Assembly: GCA_963693365.1 (NCBI GenBank)
Contig: CAVNZM010000002.1
Span: forward strand, 10,035,828 to 10,099,827
Length of the DNA: 64,000 nucleotides
Reading direction: 5' to 3'
DNA from: Amoebidium appalachense
Taxonomy: Eukaryota > Protista > Ichthyosporea
The position numbers and the translations under genes were made by a program. The notes below the pieces were generated by a model that saw only the letters and a program-made list of their open reading frames with translations, made no database searches and was not told the DNA's origin. Position 1 is the first letter of the stretch, and each line of letters opens with the position of its first letter. Below are positions 63,099-64,000 of the stretch, in pieces.

Positions 63099-63911
63099 TT
63101 GTAATACGTAGTATCTACATTAGGTAAGATCTTTTCAGTTTGTGTTATGTTTCAGTTCATATGCTTAGTATAAATGCCACACTCCTATTATGTAAAGTGG
63201 AGCATCGATCTCCGATATGCTTGTATACCTGTAATCGTGTTGTATCGGCTTTAATCGTGTATCGTAATATCGATTAGAATATTTATATGTGTGTACACGG
63301 ATCCACCCACTCTGGGAGAGACGTGTACATGTTCGTATGTACATAAATATCTCTAGTTATAGTTATACTATTACTATCTTGTTTGTTGATCTGTGCTCTC
63401 TTCTCCTTTCTCTTTCTCCTTCCTTTAAGTTATTTTCTTTTCTTTCTCAGCTCTCCTTGTCTTCATGTGTATAATCGTATTTTTTTCCTACTAATATATG
63501 TTAGGTATATTTGTGTTAATATGTGTTGATTGGACGGTAACACACTTAGGCTACACTTAGGTTGACATGTGTGATCAAACTTCATTAATTTACTTAAATT
63601 TTCATGTGTTGCCGAGCTTTAACCAATCATCAAGGTTAAGTGTGGTATGTCTGAGTCGTTGCAGTGTATCATAGGTTATCTACTAGTATGAAAACTACTC
63701 CGGGACGTGTGTTGCCTCTAGGGGGACATCCCCTTGGACGAAAGTAAACCTGCAATGGTTGTAAACCACGGCAAGCCCCCGGTCATCAATTTATTGATCC
63801 GTGAGGTCCTTGTGACCAAAAAACGGGGGAAGTCTTCGCCCCGTGAAAAAACAGCACGTATGTGTGGATCAATGGGGGTTGAGTGTTGGGTGTAGGTGGG
63901 TGGGTGAAAAG

Positions 63912-64000
63912 AAAATATAGCTGTAAAGCTGTAGGTGCTAAACACAGAAGATGTGTCTGTCGCTTGCTGATCTGCTAAAAACTGTCGTGCTTATATACCT
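63912..64000 (-). repeat. Right arm of the inverted repeat, runs off the window
   Basis: Reverse complement of 61532-61620. Confidence 0.92.

Noticed and set aside
63096-63700. Second solo LTR truncating the gag ORF
   Set aside because: It is AT-rich and starts with TGT, but I found no matching CA end with a TSD, so it is left unannotated.

Overview
Eukaryotic genomic DNA. The intron style (poly-G/poly-C, (CA)n and (GA)n tracts) and gene content suggest a unicellular opisthokont, possibly a holozoan; this is an inference only. Contents from left to right: (1) the 5' part of a multi-exon SMG6/EST1A-like gene (minus strand); (2) an 11-kb intron-containing DNA transposon encoding a Dada/Zisupton(KDZ)-like DDE transposase with an embedded DEDDy exonuclease; (3) an intronless core-histone quartet (divergent H2B/H3 and H4/H2A pairs); (4) a probable LINE 3' fragment; (5) an IMPACT gene; (6) a NUDT19-like Nudix gene; (7) a probable non-autonomous TA-flanked element filled with satellite; (8) a multi-pass membrane-protein gene with an in-frame TGA; (9) a degraded DIRS-like RT/RNaseH/MTase ORF and a gag-like ORF interrupted by a solo LTR. 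Main observation: all four histone genes have a 16-nt stem-loop plus a downstream AAAGA element resembling animal U7-dependent processing signals. The transposon sits 2 nt upstream of the H2B stem-loop (8-bp TSD TTTTTCGG), moving that signal 11 kb away and placing the transposase co-oriented downstream of H2B. It is a candidate histone-gene-targeting transposon. Exon boundaries were read by eye and no database searches were run.
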